The notes under the pieces were generated by a model, which saw only the letters and a program-made list of their open reading frames with translations, was not told where the DNA came from and did not search any database. A program made the translations under genes and the position numbers. Positions 34,677 to 43,256 of a stretch of 64,000 bases of DNA are shown here, piece by piece. This DNA comes from a virus (Duplodnaviria; Caudoviricetes), in IMG/VR virus record IMGVR_UViG_3300032243_000867, positions 1 to 64,000 of that record, one strand, 5' to 3'. Numbering within the stretch: position 1 is the stretch's first letter; every line of letters starts with the position of its first letter.

Positions 34677-36083
34677 GTGGACCTGATCGCCCGCGTTGAG
34701 ACCCCCGAGTCCCGCGCGTTTGCACGGGACGAAGCCGCACGGGCGAAGCACGCCCAGGGTGCCGTGCGGGCGTTTCGGGCGCTGGCGGTGGCTTCCGCCC
34801 CGATGGCGGAAGAGGCGAAAGCTGCGTTCCCCGGTAGGGATCAGCAGTCCCTCGACCGACGGTTGCGGGCGTTCACCAAACTGGCGAAGGAAAACGACGC
34901 CGTCCAGAAGTACCTCGACCAGTGGATCGGCACGGAGGACGTAGACCCGTCCGCGTACTCCTGGCGGTCGAAGATCACCTACGCCCTGCGGGACTACCTA
35001 CTGGGCGGGCTGAAACTCTCTGATACCGTGGCGGTGGTCGAGAAGTACGCGCTGGTGAGCTTTCAGGCCATCACCATGCACGCGGTACAGGCCCCCATCC
35101 GTGAAGCCCTGCCCGCGGAGGTGATGGCGTACCTCCCGAAGACGGTGGTGGTGAAGGTGGACCCGAAGGGGAAGATCACCGAGGTCACCGACCGTTTCAA
35201 GAACGAGTACTTCACGTTGGCCCTGAAGGCCAAGCAGATGCGGAAGATCCTCGCGGGCTACAACCGCATCGCCCGTGAGGTGAAGAAGGATCTCAAGAGC
35301 CCGGACGAGACGACCCGCCTATCGGCCATCGTCACGTCGATCATCATGGAAACGGGCATTCGTCCCGGCAAAATCGGCAACGGCAAGGTGGTGTTGAAGG
35401 GCGGGTCGGAGGAGTTCGTCGAAACCTTCGGCGCGGCGACGCTGGGACCTTCGCACGTCAAGTTCGTGCGGGACAACTTCGCGGAACTGGAGTTCGCGGG
35501 CAAGAAGGGCGGCATCAACACGGCCCGGTTGTCCGACGCCGACATTGTGAAGGTGCTGAAGGACTATGTCGCCAAGGCGCTGAAGTCGGGCTCCCCCTAC
35601 ATCTTCGTGACGAAGGGCGGCACCCCTTACGACTACAACGACCTCGACAGGTACTTCCGGCAGAAGATGGAAGGCATCAACCCCACGGACTTCCGAAAGC
35701 TCCGAGCAACCGAGGAAGTGCTGAACGCCATCGTTGAGGAGCAAGAGGGCCTGTACGGGCGCATTCGCAAGCTCAAGTCTCTCAAGAAGGATGCCCTCAA
35801 GCAAGCCATCGTGTCCGAGGTGGTAGCCACCCTTCAGCGGGCCATCGAGCGGTCCCAATCCGCCCTATCGCACGAGAGCGATACGACCACGGTGGAGAGC
35901 TACATCCACCCCGGCGTTCTGTTTCGGTTCCTGTCTACGGGGCGGCTCGAAAAGAATCTGGACGACCTGCTGGCGACGGGCAAGACGGAACTGAAGTTCG
36001 ACCCCGAAGCGTTCCTCTCCCAAGCGATGGGTAAGAAGGCTTCGGCCTCTCGCGTCGCCGCGCAGTACCTCAGTTCGCGGTAA
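34677..36083 (+). CDS. DNA topoisomerase IB
   Basis: ETGIRPG, ATLGPSHV, LEFAGKKG, TDFRKLRAT, LSHE...ESYIHP catalytic pentad pattern. Confidence 0.85.
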   Translation: MDLIARVETPESRAFARDEAARAKHAQGAVRAFRALAVASAPMAEEAKAAFPGRDQQSLDRRLRAFTKLAKENDAVQKYLDQWIGTEDVDPSAYSWRSKITYALRDYLLGGLKLSDTVAVVEKYALVSFQAITMHAVQAPIREALPAEVMAYLPKTVVVKVDPKGKITEVTDRFKNEYFTLALKAKQMRKILAGYNRIAREVKKDLKSPDETTRLSAIVTSIIMETGIRPGKIGNGKVVLKGGSEEFVETFGAATLGPSHVKFVRDNFAELEFAGKKGGINTARLSDADIVKVLKDYVAKALKSGSPYIFVTKGGTPYDYNDLDRYFRQKMEGINPTDFRKLRATEEVLNAIVEEQEGLYGRIRKLKSLKKDALKQAIVSEVVATLQRAIERSQSALSHESDTTTVESYIHPGVLFRFLSTGRLEKNLDDLLATGKTELKFDPEAFLSQAMGKKASASRVAAQYLSSR

Positions 36084-36393
36084 ACCTGTGAAAATCCCAA
36101 TCCGGGCGGGTGCCCGTGACGGATACCTCGACTCCCATCTCGTAACCCGCGTCGTAAGCGCAGTTGTCGCCCTCTCTCAAAGAGGGGTCGCGGCCCATTC
36201 CTTCACGGCCCATAACGTAGCCCGCGGCGAACGAACCCCGGTCACCGAAGGGTGCCGGAACTTCGCCCCAGCGTAGGCGGTTGACCTCCATCGTGAGGAG
36301 GGTGTCTTGCTTTTTACCGCCGAGGAAGTTGGGGTCGTTCCTAGCGGCTAGATGGAACAGAACGGCGTACGGGTTCACAGTCTTTTCCCCCAT
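36070..36393 (-). CDS. Hypothetical protein
   Basis: 107 aa; downstream of the MTase in the same orientation. Confidence 0.5.
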   Translation of the reverse strand: MGEKTVNPYAVLFHLAARNDPNFLGGKKQDTLLTMEVNRLRWGEVPAPFGDRGSFAAGYVMGREGMGRDPSLREGDNCAYDAGYEMGVEVSVTGTRPDWDFHRFTAN

Positions 36394-36941
36394 GTCGTGG
36401 CGTCGAGCCTGTCAGGGTTGGGGTTGTAGGGGTGTTGTTCAGAATTCGCTATTCCCGCAAGCTCTTCATGGTGCAGCGTGCGGTCCGGGCGGGGGTCGTT
36501 ACCGTAGTGAATCATTACGTTCCATCGGCAGGGTAGGCACTTCACGGTGCCCCTCAACACGAGGTGGGAGAACAGGTCGGGCGTCCCGCAAGCGGTCCCG
36601 TCCGTGTTCTTGCCGACGTAGAGGACGTGGGGGATGGAGCGGAGAATCCCCGTCAATCCCATCAGCGTGTAGTTCTGGGGCCAGCACAGGACGGCCACCT
36701 CTACGCCCTCCGGGCACTTCCAATGCGCGAAGTAGCTCTGATGTACCTCGACCTTGGGGTGCTCCACGGGACACGGTCCCTTGTCCACGGCGTGGACGAG
36801 CGTAGCCCCCATGTCGGCCATCGTGCGGGAGAGCTCGCCGCTACCGCATCCTAAGTCCGCGACCGCGCGCCCTTCGACCACAGTGCGGAGGTAGGCCAAC
36901 TGTTCCTCTGACAGCGTGTAGTAGGTGCCCGTCCTGCTCAT
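36375..36941 (-). CDS. Class I SAM-dependent methyltransferase
   Basis: VADLGCGSG motif I; HAVDK. Confidence 0.75.
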   Translation of the reverse strand: MSRTGTYYTLSEEQLAYLRTVVEGRAVADLGCGSGELSRTMADMGATLVHAVDKGPCPVEHPKVEVHQSYFAHWKCPEGVEVAVLCWPQNYTLMGLTGILRSIPHVLYVGKNTDGTACGTPDLFSHLVLRGTVKCLPCRWNVMIHYGNDPRPDRTLHHEELAGIANSEQHPYNPNPDRLDATTWGKRL

Positions 36942-37111
36942 CGGGGTTCCTTTCCCCGCAGCGCGCACCGAAACCCCAGGTTGAGGATCCGGTACGCAGG
37001 CACGCTCGTGTGGCGAGACGCCGCGCTCACCCACGACGGTACGTTGAGGCCCCAACTGCCGCCGCGGATGACGAGGTAACGGGTGTCGGTGGGCTTTGTG
37101 GGGGGTTTCAC
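36938..37111 (-). CDS. VR-like micro-ORF 5
   Basis: Hand translation VKPPTKPTDTRYLVIRGGSWGLNVPSWVSAASRHTSVPAYRILNLGFRCALRGKEPR; GTGA/ATGA overlaps at both ends. Confidence 0.75.
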   Translation of the reverse strand: MKPPTKPTDTRYLVIRGGSWGLNVPSWVSAASRHTSVPAYRILNLGFRCALRGKEPR

Positions 37112-37251
37112 GGCTCACCCCGGAACAGGATGTAGAAGAGGAGGCACAGCGCGGCCACGGTGAACGGGGATACCTGTAGATCGAACCGCTCTGAGAGCGT
37201 GAGGTCTTCCCAGCTTGGGATGCGGCAGTCGTCGTCGGGTTCGCGGGGCAT
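37108..37251 (-). CDS. Small membrane protein
   Basis: MPREPDDDCRIPSWEDL...FTVAALCLLFYILFRGEP; GGGCGTAAA 8 nt upstream. Confidence 0.55.
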   Translation of the reverse strand: MPREPDDDCRIPSWEDLTLSERFDLQVSPFTVAALCLLFYILFRGEP

Positions 37252-37387
37252 ATCCCGCTTTTACGCCCGTTCAATCCGTTAGCTAGGCTACGCACAAGCC
37301 CGCGACGTGAACGCGGCCCTCAACCTACGAGGTTGGGGAATGAGACGGACCCGTAAGTATCGGAGTTCACGCCCGTAGGGTACGAGC

Positions 37388-39817
37388 ATGACCAAAGTTC
37401 CCGACCATCAAATGCGCGCGGCGATGAACACCGTCGCGGCGTCGAACCCTTCCGTCAACTGGGCGTCCCTCGCCGTGGGAATCGCGCGGGTGAAGGAGGT
37501 TCAGTACGAGGAGATGAAGGTCACCTTGGTGGTCCTCACGGGGGAGTCTCAGGTGGCCGAGTACACCGGGGTGGACATCACCCTTCCCGGTGGGGGCAAA
37601 CGTCATTTTTTTGGTGCTATTCCCGAGCGCGGGGACATCTGTTACGTCACATGGGGGGCGCGAGAAAGCGCCGGAACGGCCAGTGCGAAGGCCCCGGTGA
37701 TTCTAGGGTGGGTCCCAGCCGCTCAGTGGATGGGGCACGAGTGGATTCCGTTTCAGGCGATGGAACGGGGGGAGAACATGGACACCCCCAGCGACCGTGC
37801 GGTGACCTCGGGCACGTTCGAGCGGGTGCGCTTCAAGATGCGCCACCTCGCCCCCGGCAACGTGTTCGCAAGTTCCTCCCAGGGCAGTGACTTGGTGATG
37901 GACGAAGGGGTGTCGATCTCGAACCGCCGCGGAAACGAGATTCGTCTCCGCGACAGCGATCAAGCACTGGTCACACGGTCGCTTCAGCAGTATCACGCGA
38001 TGGCGGGGGCTCGAATCTACTCCGGGATGGTCCACCGCGAGTCCCGGCTACTACCCAGCACGCTATTCAGCGACGGGGTGTACTGGGATAACAGCCCTCA
38101 GACGGTCGGAGACAACGCCCCGCGTAGCGCCCTCGGTTCTTCCCCCTTCCCCGAGAGGTACTTGACGCCGGGGGAGATTTTCGAGCGAAACGTCGGGGCG
38201 TCGTCTTCGGGCTTCGCTCTAGCTAACGGGACTTTCCCCGCACGCCTGGACCCCTTCGTATTCCTCCAGTGGGGGGGATTGATCGACGCGAACGGGTACC
38301 GAATCGACAACTCCTTTCCCAGCGGGGGTGGAGGGGTATCCAACACCACCTACGGCGGGAAACCTCTGTATCGGATCGGACTGCGCCCGAACGGAGGGGT
38401 GGACAATGCCGTCGCGCGGACGGATCAGCAGAACACGACCCCGGTTGATTCCCTGACCGAGTACCGAGTTGAGGTAACGCACACCAGCAACGGGCTTCTT
38501 CCGGTCACGGAACAGACGGACGGTTTCGACGCGGAGAGACTCCCGGCCTCCGTACCCACGGCGGGTTCCCCCACGGGTCAGGGCCGTCTACCGTTCATCG
38601 AATGGGTCCTCGGGTCTGTCGTCGGCAACGATCCGTTCTCCCTCCAGGGTCGCCCTCTCTACGGGTTGCCTCTGAAGGCGCAGATACAAGACCCGTCGGG
38701 AAATGTGTCTCCCGCGATGATCTCCGCCCTTACGTCTCCTCTTGGTGACCACGCGGCGACTTTGTTCCGCCTCGTATCCCCAGTTCCAGGCCCGAACGGA
38801 TCGACCCAGAGCAGTTTCACCAGCTTCACGAAGGACGGAAGGTTCCGCGCGTACCTAGCTGGCGGGCCTGTCAGCGCGGAAGTAGCCACGGAACGGGACC
38901 TATCCCTCACCGTGGGCGGGGTTCTCAACCTCAAGCTAGCGGGCGGAATCAACATCAACGGCGCGACGGGTCCGGGGAACGTCGGTCTGAACCTCGGAAG
39001 CGCCACGGGTGCAGTGGTGATCTCGGGCGGGGGAGCCCTCAACGCGAACGTCGCAGCCCAGGCCACAGCCCCGAACTCCCTCGGGAACGTCACCCCTTCG
39101 GTGGTGGTGGACGGCGCTCAGGGCGTCCAAGTGCAGTCCGACGCGCAGGTGAACATCAGCGCCTCGCAGTCGGTGAACATCGCCAACACGGGCAACATCA
39201 ACTTTAGAGCCCAGAACCAAATCAGCATCCGTTCCGGCGGAAACGTCAGCCTGTCCGCGCAAACGCACAGCGTCGTCATCACCGGCAACGAAACCGTCAA
39301 CTACAGCGGCCCCGAAGGCGCGAACCCCGCGAACGGCCCCACCCGCTCTGTGCGCCTCGCTAGCACGCCGGGAACGGGGAACCTCGGCGGCACCGTGGAC
39401 CGCTACCGGATGGTGTACGGCGACCGCGAGGAAGTGTTCGAGACAAGGGGCAACCACAGCACCAGCATCATCGGGCAGGGGAACCTCACCTACGAGACCA
39501 ACCTCGGTAGGTTCCGGGCGCGGGCGGGCACCAACCAAATAGACGTTGACAGCACCAGCGGCATCACGGCCACGGTCGCGGTCGGGAACGTATCCGTCAC
39601 CGCCAGCGTCGGGGGCGTTTCTATCACCGGGCAGACGGATGCCACCCTCCGGGCCATCACGGGGACGGCCACGGTAGCGGGCGCGACGGGCGTGCGGCTC
39701 GTCAGTCCCGGCCCCGCCAATGGAGGAATCTTGGCTGGGAGCGACCTCGACCCGCTCACGGGTATCCCCTACGCGACGTTCATCGCGCCCCGTAACCAGA
39801 CCCTCGCCCCGGCCTAG
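37388..39817 (+). CDS. Baseplate hub/spike (gp5/gpV-like) protein
   Basis: N-terminal OB-fold-like segment (IARVKEVQYEEMKVTL...GAIPERGDICYV); C-terminal Val/Ser/Asn beta-helix-like repeats. Confidence 0.7.
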   Translation: MTKVPDHQMRAAMNTVAASNPSVNWASLAVGIARVKEVQYEEMKVTLVVLTGESQVAEYTGVDITLPGGGKRHFFGAIPERGDICYVTWGARESAGTASAKAPVILGWVPAAQWMGHEWIPFQAMERGENMDTPSDRAVTSGTFERVRFKMRHLAPGNVFASSSQGSDLVMDEGVSISNRRGNEIRLRDSDQALVTRSLQQYHAMAGARIYSGMVHRESRLLPSTLFSDGVYWDNSPQTVGDNAPRSALGSSPFPERYLTPGEIFERNVGASSSGFALANGTFPARLDPFVFLQWGGLIDANGYRIDNSFPSGGGGVSNTTYGGKPLYRIGLRPNGGVDNAVARTDQQNTTPVDSLTEYRVEVTHTSNGLLPVTEQTDGFDAERLPASVPTAGSPTGQGRLPFIEWVLGSVVGNDPFSLQGRPLYGLPLKAQIQDPSGNVSPAMISALTSPLGDHAATLFRLVSPVPGPNGSTQSSFTSFTKDGRFRAYLAGGPVSAEVATERDLSLTVGGVLNLKLAGGININGATGPGNVGLNLGSATGAVVISGGGALNANVAAQATAPNSLGNVTPSVVVDGAQGVQVQSDAQVNISASQSVNIANTGNINFRAQNQISIRSGGNVSLSAQTHSVVITGNETVNYSGPEGANPANGPTRSVRLASTPGTGNLGGTVDRYRMVYGDREEVFETRGNHSTSIIGQGNLTYETNLGRFRARAGTNQIDVDSTSGITATVAVGNVSVTASVGGVSITGQTDATLRAITGTATVAGATGVRLVSPGPANGGILAGSDLDPLTGIPYATFIAPRNQTLAPA

Positions 39818-39852
39818 CCCGCCTATAGGGTTGCACCTGTAGAGGTGCCCGT

Positions 39853-40650
39853 ATGTCCATCGTGCTGAACGGCGAGAAGATCGCCACCCCCGGCCTTGAA
39901 ACCTTCTCGTGGCTCGACGACCACAACGTCCCCAAGACCACGGACGTGAACCCGCGCACGCAGTGGCTTCGGGCCATCGTGATGCACACGGTATCGGGCA
40001 AGGTCGGGGGCTTGAAGCCCGGTCTGTCCGCGCCGTCGTCGCGCGCGGAGTCCTACGCCAAGTACCAAGCGAACACCAGCCGCGACGTGTCGTGGGACTA
40101 CACCATCGACACGGACGGAACCATCATCGCTAGCAACGACCCGCTCAAGTTCTACACCTGGCAAGCCACGTCGGTGAACCCCTTCACCCTCGGGATCGAA
40201 CTCGTGCAGGAGGACAACGGCGACCTGTACGAAGGCCAAATGGACGTGGCCGTGCGGTTCCTCGACCTACTCACCCGCGAGCTCGCGGACCGGGGTCACC
40301 CGATCCAGCGACAGGTGCCGATGACGATGGACGGGAAGCCCGTGAAGGGGATCGTGAAGCGCATCGAGGACTCGTCCCAAGCCAAGAACTTCTCTGGTGT
40401 GGTGGGCCATCGCAATCAGACCACGAACCGTGGACCCGGCGATCCCGGCGATCATATCTTCAACGCGCTGTTGAAGGCGGGGTACAAGGGATTCAACCTC
40501 GACGCGAACGACGACGTAAGGTTCTGGAAGGACATTCAGACCCGTCTGAACCTGTCCCCGGCGGACGGCATTCCCGGTCGCGGCACGCAGCAAGCCCTCA
40601 TCGCGGCGGGCTACAAACACGGGCTGATGGTCACCCGCCCCGGTGACTGA
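39853..40650 (+). CDS. N-acetylmuramoyl-L-alanine amidase (endolysin) with C-terminal PG-binding motif
   Basis: IVMHT, SWDYTIDTDGTI, TLGIEL, VVGHRN; ADGIPGRGTQQAL. Confidence 0.8.
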   Translation: MSIVLNGEKIATPGLETFSWLDDHNVPKTTDVNPRTQWLRAIVMHTVSGKVGGLKPGLSAPSSRAESYAKYQANTSRDVSWDYTIDTDGTIIASNDPLKFYTWQATSVNPFTLGIELVQEDNGDLYEGQMDVAVRFLDLLTRELADRGHPIQRQVPMTMDGKPVKGIVKRIEDSSQAKNFSGVVGHRNQTTNRGPGDPGDHIFNALLKAGYKGFNLDANDDVRFWKDIQTRLNLSPADGIPGRGTQQALIAAGYKHGLMVTRPGD

Positions 40651-40656
40651 TCCCGG

Positions 40657-41235
40657 TCAGTCGTCTTCGCGGCTGTAATCGGTCGGCGTCCCTCGGGCGG
40701 CGAGCGCACGGTAGAACACCTCGCGGCAGTCGAGGGCGTCTTGGAGGGCCGTGTGGGCACCCTCCCGCGACAGGCCCAGATGATCTCGAAGGCTGTCCAG
40801 CGAGAGCTTGAGGTTCCCGTCCAGCCCCCACGCCATGTACGCCACCGTGGTGGTGTCGATGGTGCGGTGTGAAATCCGGGCGTCCACCCCCGCGCGCTTC
40901 AGTTCCGCCGCGATGAACCCCGTGTCGAACTTCGGGTTGTGACCGATGATCGTTCCACCCTTCAGGTGCTCGACCAGTTCCCCGGCGATGGCGCTGAAGG
41001 GTGGGGCGTTCGCCCACGCTTCGGGCGTGTACCCGTTGACCTTCAACGCGACGGGTTCAGCCGTCTCGATGTGCTGCGGGGCGACCTTCCGTGACCACAT
41101 GAGAGTGATCTTCCCCGGCCCCGTGTACGGGTACTCGACCTCTTCGCGCACGATGGCGACCTCGATCACCTCGTTGACGGTGGGGTCGAGCCCGGTGGTC
41201 TCGGTGTCGAGGTAGATGCGAACGATGGTTTCCAT
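40657..41235 (-). CDS. DEDDh 3'-5' exonuclease (DnaQ-like)
   Basis: LDTETTGL, GHNPKFD, HTALQD. Confidence 0.9.
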   Translation of the reverse strand: METIVRIYLDTETTGLDPTVNEVIEVAIVREEVEYPYTGPGKITLMWSRKVAPQHIETAEPVALKVNGYTPEAWANAPPFSAIAGELVEHLKGGTIIGHNPKFDTGFIAAELKRAGVDARISHRTIDTTTVAYMAWGLDGNLKLSLDSLRDHLGLSREGAHTALQDALDCREVFYRALAARGTPTDYSREDD

Positions 41236-41276
41236 AGGGTAGGTTTCCTATCGGCCCGCAAGGGTGAGGAGTCTAC

Positions 41277-41633
41277 ATGACCGCCAGCGCCCGTAGGGTT
41301 GTTGCACGCTACCTATCCGCCGCCCCCCTTCGCCTAGACCCAGCGGTGACGAGAACGGTGGACCTAGCCTTGGTGAAGGCGGGGATGGACGGGAACAGCC
41401 CGTTCCGAAGCACCTCCCTCGCGGTCAACCGCATCGGAGAGGTTCTGTCGTCTCACTCCCTGGGTCTCTCGGGGCTGAACGCGGCATCGGTGCGGGGAAG
41501 CGAAGGAGAGGCTTCCGCGAGGTTGGTGTCCCGGAACGCCGAGGGGATGGCGATGCTGACCACCTCGAAGCTGACCCTTCAGTGGGTCACGGCGGACGAC
41601 GGAACCGTGAAGGTCGTTGCCTACCTGACCTAG
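41277..41633 (+). CDS. Hypothetical protein with N-terminal RRVVARYL motif
   Basis: GAGGAG RBS; MTASARRVVARYLSAA. Confidence 0.7.
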   Translation: MTASARRVVARYLSAAPLRLDPAVTRTVDLALVKAGMDGNSPFRSTSLAVNRIGEVLSSHSLGLSGLNAASVRGSEGEASARLVSRNAEGMAMLTTSKLTLQWVTADDGTVKVVAYLT

Positions 41634-41742
41634 ACGACCTCGACGACCCGGAAAGTTTTGAAGATGTCCGGGCCGTGCGGGTGGACCGGAAGGTAGTCGT
41701 CTACCGTCCCGCCGCGGAGCTTTACCAAGTTTTTGGCGTGCG

Positions 41743-41928
41743 TCAGCGGAGTATCGTTCGCGGTTCCCTTCCCCGAAGGGCGCACCGAAACCCGGCATCG
41801 TCGAGACGGCACGCAGGCACGTCCGCGCCGCGAGACGCGGCGCGCACCCTCGACGGTACGTTGCTGTACCAACAGCCGCCGCGTTGGACGCGAAGGCGGG
41901 TGTCAGTGGGCTTGGTGGTGGGGTTCAT
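41743..41928 (-). CDS. VR-like micro-ORF 6
   Basis: MNPTTKPTDTRLRVQRGGCWYSNVPSRVRAASRGADVPACRLDDAGFRCALRGREPRTILR. Confidence 0.75.
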   Translation of the reverse strand: MNPTTKPTDTRLRVQRGGCWYSNVPSRVRAASRGADVPACRLDDAGFRCALRGREPRTILR

Positions 41929-42083
41929 ACTCGGGGGCTCCTTCCCGGCAGGTGGGTTCGGAACCCGTGGTCGCGGAAAAAAATTGTGGGCTTGTACTCT
42001 TGAAACGACGCGGCGGGTAGGAAGGCCGCGAGGTGGTACCAAGACCCGCCACGAATCACGCGAAGCCGGTTGTCGATCCTCAC
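41925..42083 (-). CDS. VR-like micro-ORF 7
   Basis: GAGGTG RBS; VRIDNRLRVIRGGSWYHLAAFLPAASFQEYKPTIFFRDHGFRTHLPGRSPRV; ATGA overlap. Confidence 0.7.
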   Translation of the reverse strand: MRIDNRLRVIRGGSWYHLAAFLPAASFQEYKPTIFFRDHGFRTHLPGRSPRV

Positions 42084-42253
42084 AGCGTCACCTCGTAGGG
42101 GTGGACCAGGACGTAATCGTAGTCGTCGATTCGACCGCGCGAGTCCACGCGGAGGGTTTGGACGTAGGCGTTCGCCCCCTCCTCCGTGGCGAACACGCCA
42201 CGGATGAAACGGTCCCCGTGGACCCAACCCGCCGTTACGATCCAGACGGTCAT
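42080..42253 (-). CDS. Small hypothetical protein
   Basis: MTVWIVTAGWVHGDRFIRGVFATEEGANAY...; GGGCGTAAC 7 nt upstream. Confidence 0.6.
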   Translation of the reverse strand: MTVWIVTAGWVHGDRFIRGVFATEEGANAYVQTLRVDSRGRIDDYDYVLVHPYEVTL

Positions 42254-42261
42254 GCGGGATG

Positions 42262-43110
42262 TTACGCCCGCAGGTCGCGCAGAACGGCGGTGAGTTTAGC
42301 CGCGATGCCGCCGGGGAGATCCGCCACCGCGCCGCCGTTCAGGACGTGTTCGACGGCGGACGCGAGGTGGGGTTGCCCGATACGGGTGAGGTGCCTACGC
42401 ACCATGTCCACCCGCGATTTGCGGGCGAGAGCGTCTTCGGGAGAAGGGGCCGCAGGATCGTGAAGGTCCGGGGTGGAGAGGGTGTCTTCACGGTCCCGCA
42501 CTACTTCCCGTGCGGTGTCGGCGGACTGAACCACCCGCCACGCCTTCCCAGCTTGCACCTCACGGGCGGTCTTCGCCCCACGGGTCATACGGGTGGAAGC
42601 GTCTACGCCCCAGCGGCGAAGCTCAGTGCTGGCGCTCTGGTAGGCCCAGACGCGCAACACCGACAACTTCACTTCTTTGCCGTCGCGGAGAAACGGGGCG
42701 AGAGTGTCCCGCTCAACGAAGCGGGCAAGAACCGTCTGGACATGATCCTCGACGACGGAGAGCTCCCGCGACAAGGGCATCTTCGACGCCAGATGCGCCA
42801 CCAGAGCGGGATATACCTTCGCGTAGTTGTCCCGCACCCAGCGTGCGGTCAAGCTAACCTTCGTTTCCGTGCGGGGGAGGGGTTCCTCGCCTCGAACTAC
42901 GGCGAGGGTAGTGCGGCACGCCCCGGGCTTCTGAGCGACGGTACCTTCCGCGAAGTCCCCACGCGCGACCGCGAGGGCGGCGAGAGCCAACGGGCTGCGG
43001 CAACCCCCGAAAGCTCGCACGGCGCGATCAGCTACTTCCACCTCGCGGGCGGCGACGATTACAGCAGATCCCCCAACAGCGAACGGCGAAACGGTGGTGT
43101 ACAAGGACAT
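42262..43110 (-). CDS. Hypothetical protein, possibly a divergent sigma-like factor
   Basis: Helical; VEDHVQTVLARF...VLRVWAYQSASTELRR loosely resembles ECF region 2; tentative. Confidence 0.55.
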   Translation of the reverse strand: MSLYTTVSPFAVGGSAVIVAAREVEVADRAVRAFGGCRSPLALAALAVARGDFAEGTVAQKPGACRTTLAVVRGEEPLPRTETKVSLTARWVRDNYAKVYPALVAHLASKMPLSRELSVVEDHVQTVLARFVERDTLAPFLRDGKEVKLSVLRVWAYQSASTELRRWGVDASTRMTRGAKTAREVQAGKAWRVVQSADTAREVVRDREDTLSTPDLHDPAAPSPEDALARKSRVDMVRRHLTRIGQPHLASAVEHVLNGGAVADLPGGIAAKLTAVLRDLRA

Positions 43111-43256
43111 TAGAGTCTCCGTTGGTTAGTCCCGGGGGTCAAGACCCTTGGGGTTACAGGGGGGAGATCTTAACGTAGGGTGGTCCGGGGGTCTACTAAA
43201 TTCGTACGACCGCTCGGGCGGCCAACGCCGTTAGGCGTTCTATTACGCGCGAAGGG

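Noticed and set aside
34677-36083. Integrase / tyrosine recombinase
   Set aside because: Motif spacing (GIRxG, FxGKxG, DFRKLRAT, SYIHP) fits topoisomerase IB; no att context.
41630-41872. 80-aa minus-strand ORF downstream of micro-ORF 6
   Set aside because: Overlaps micro-ORF 6 in another frame and has no credible start.
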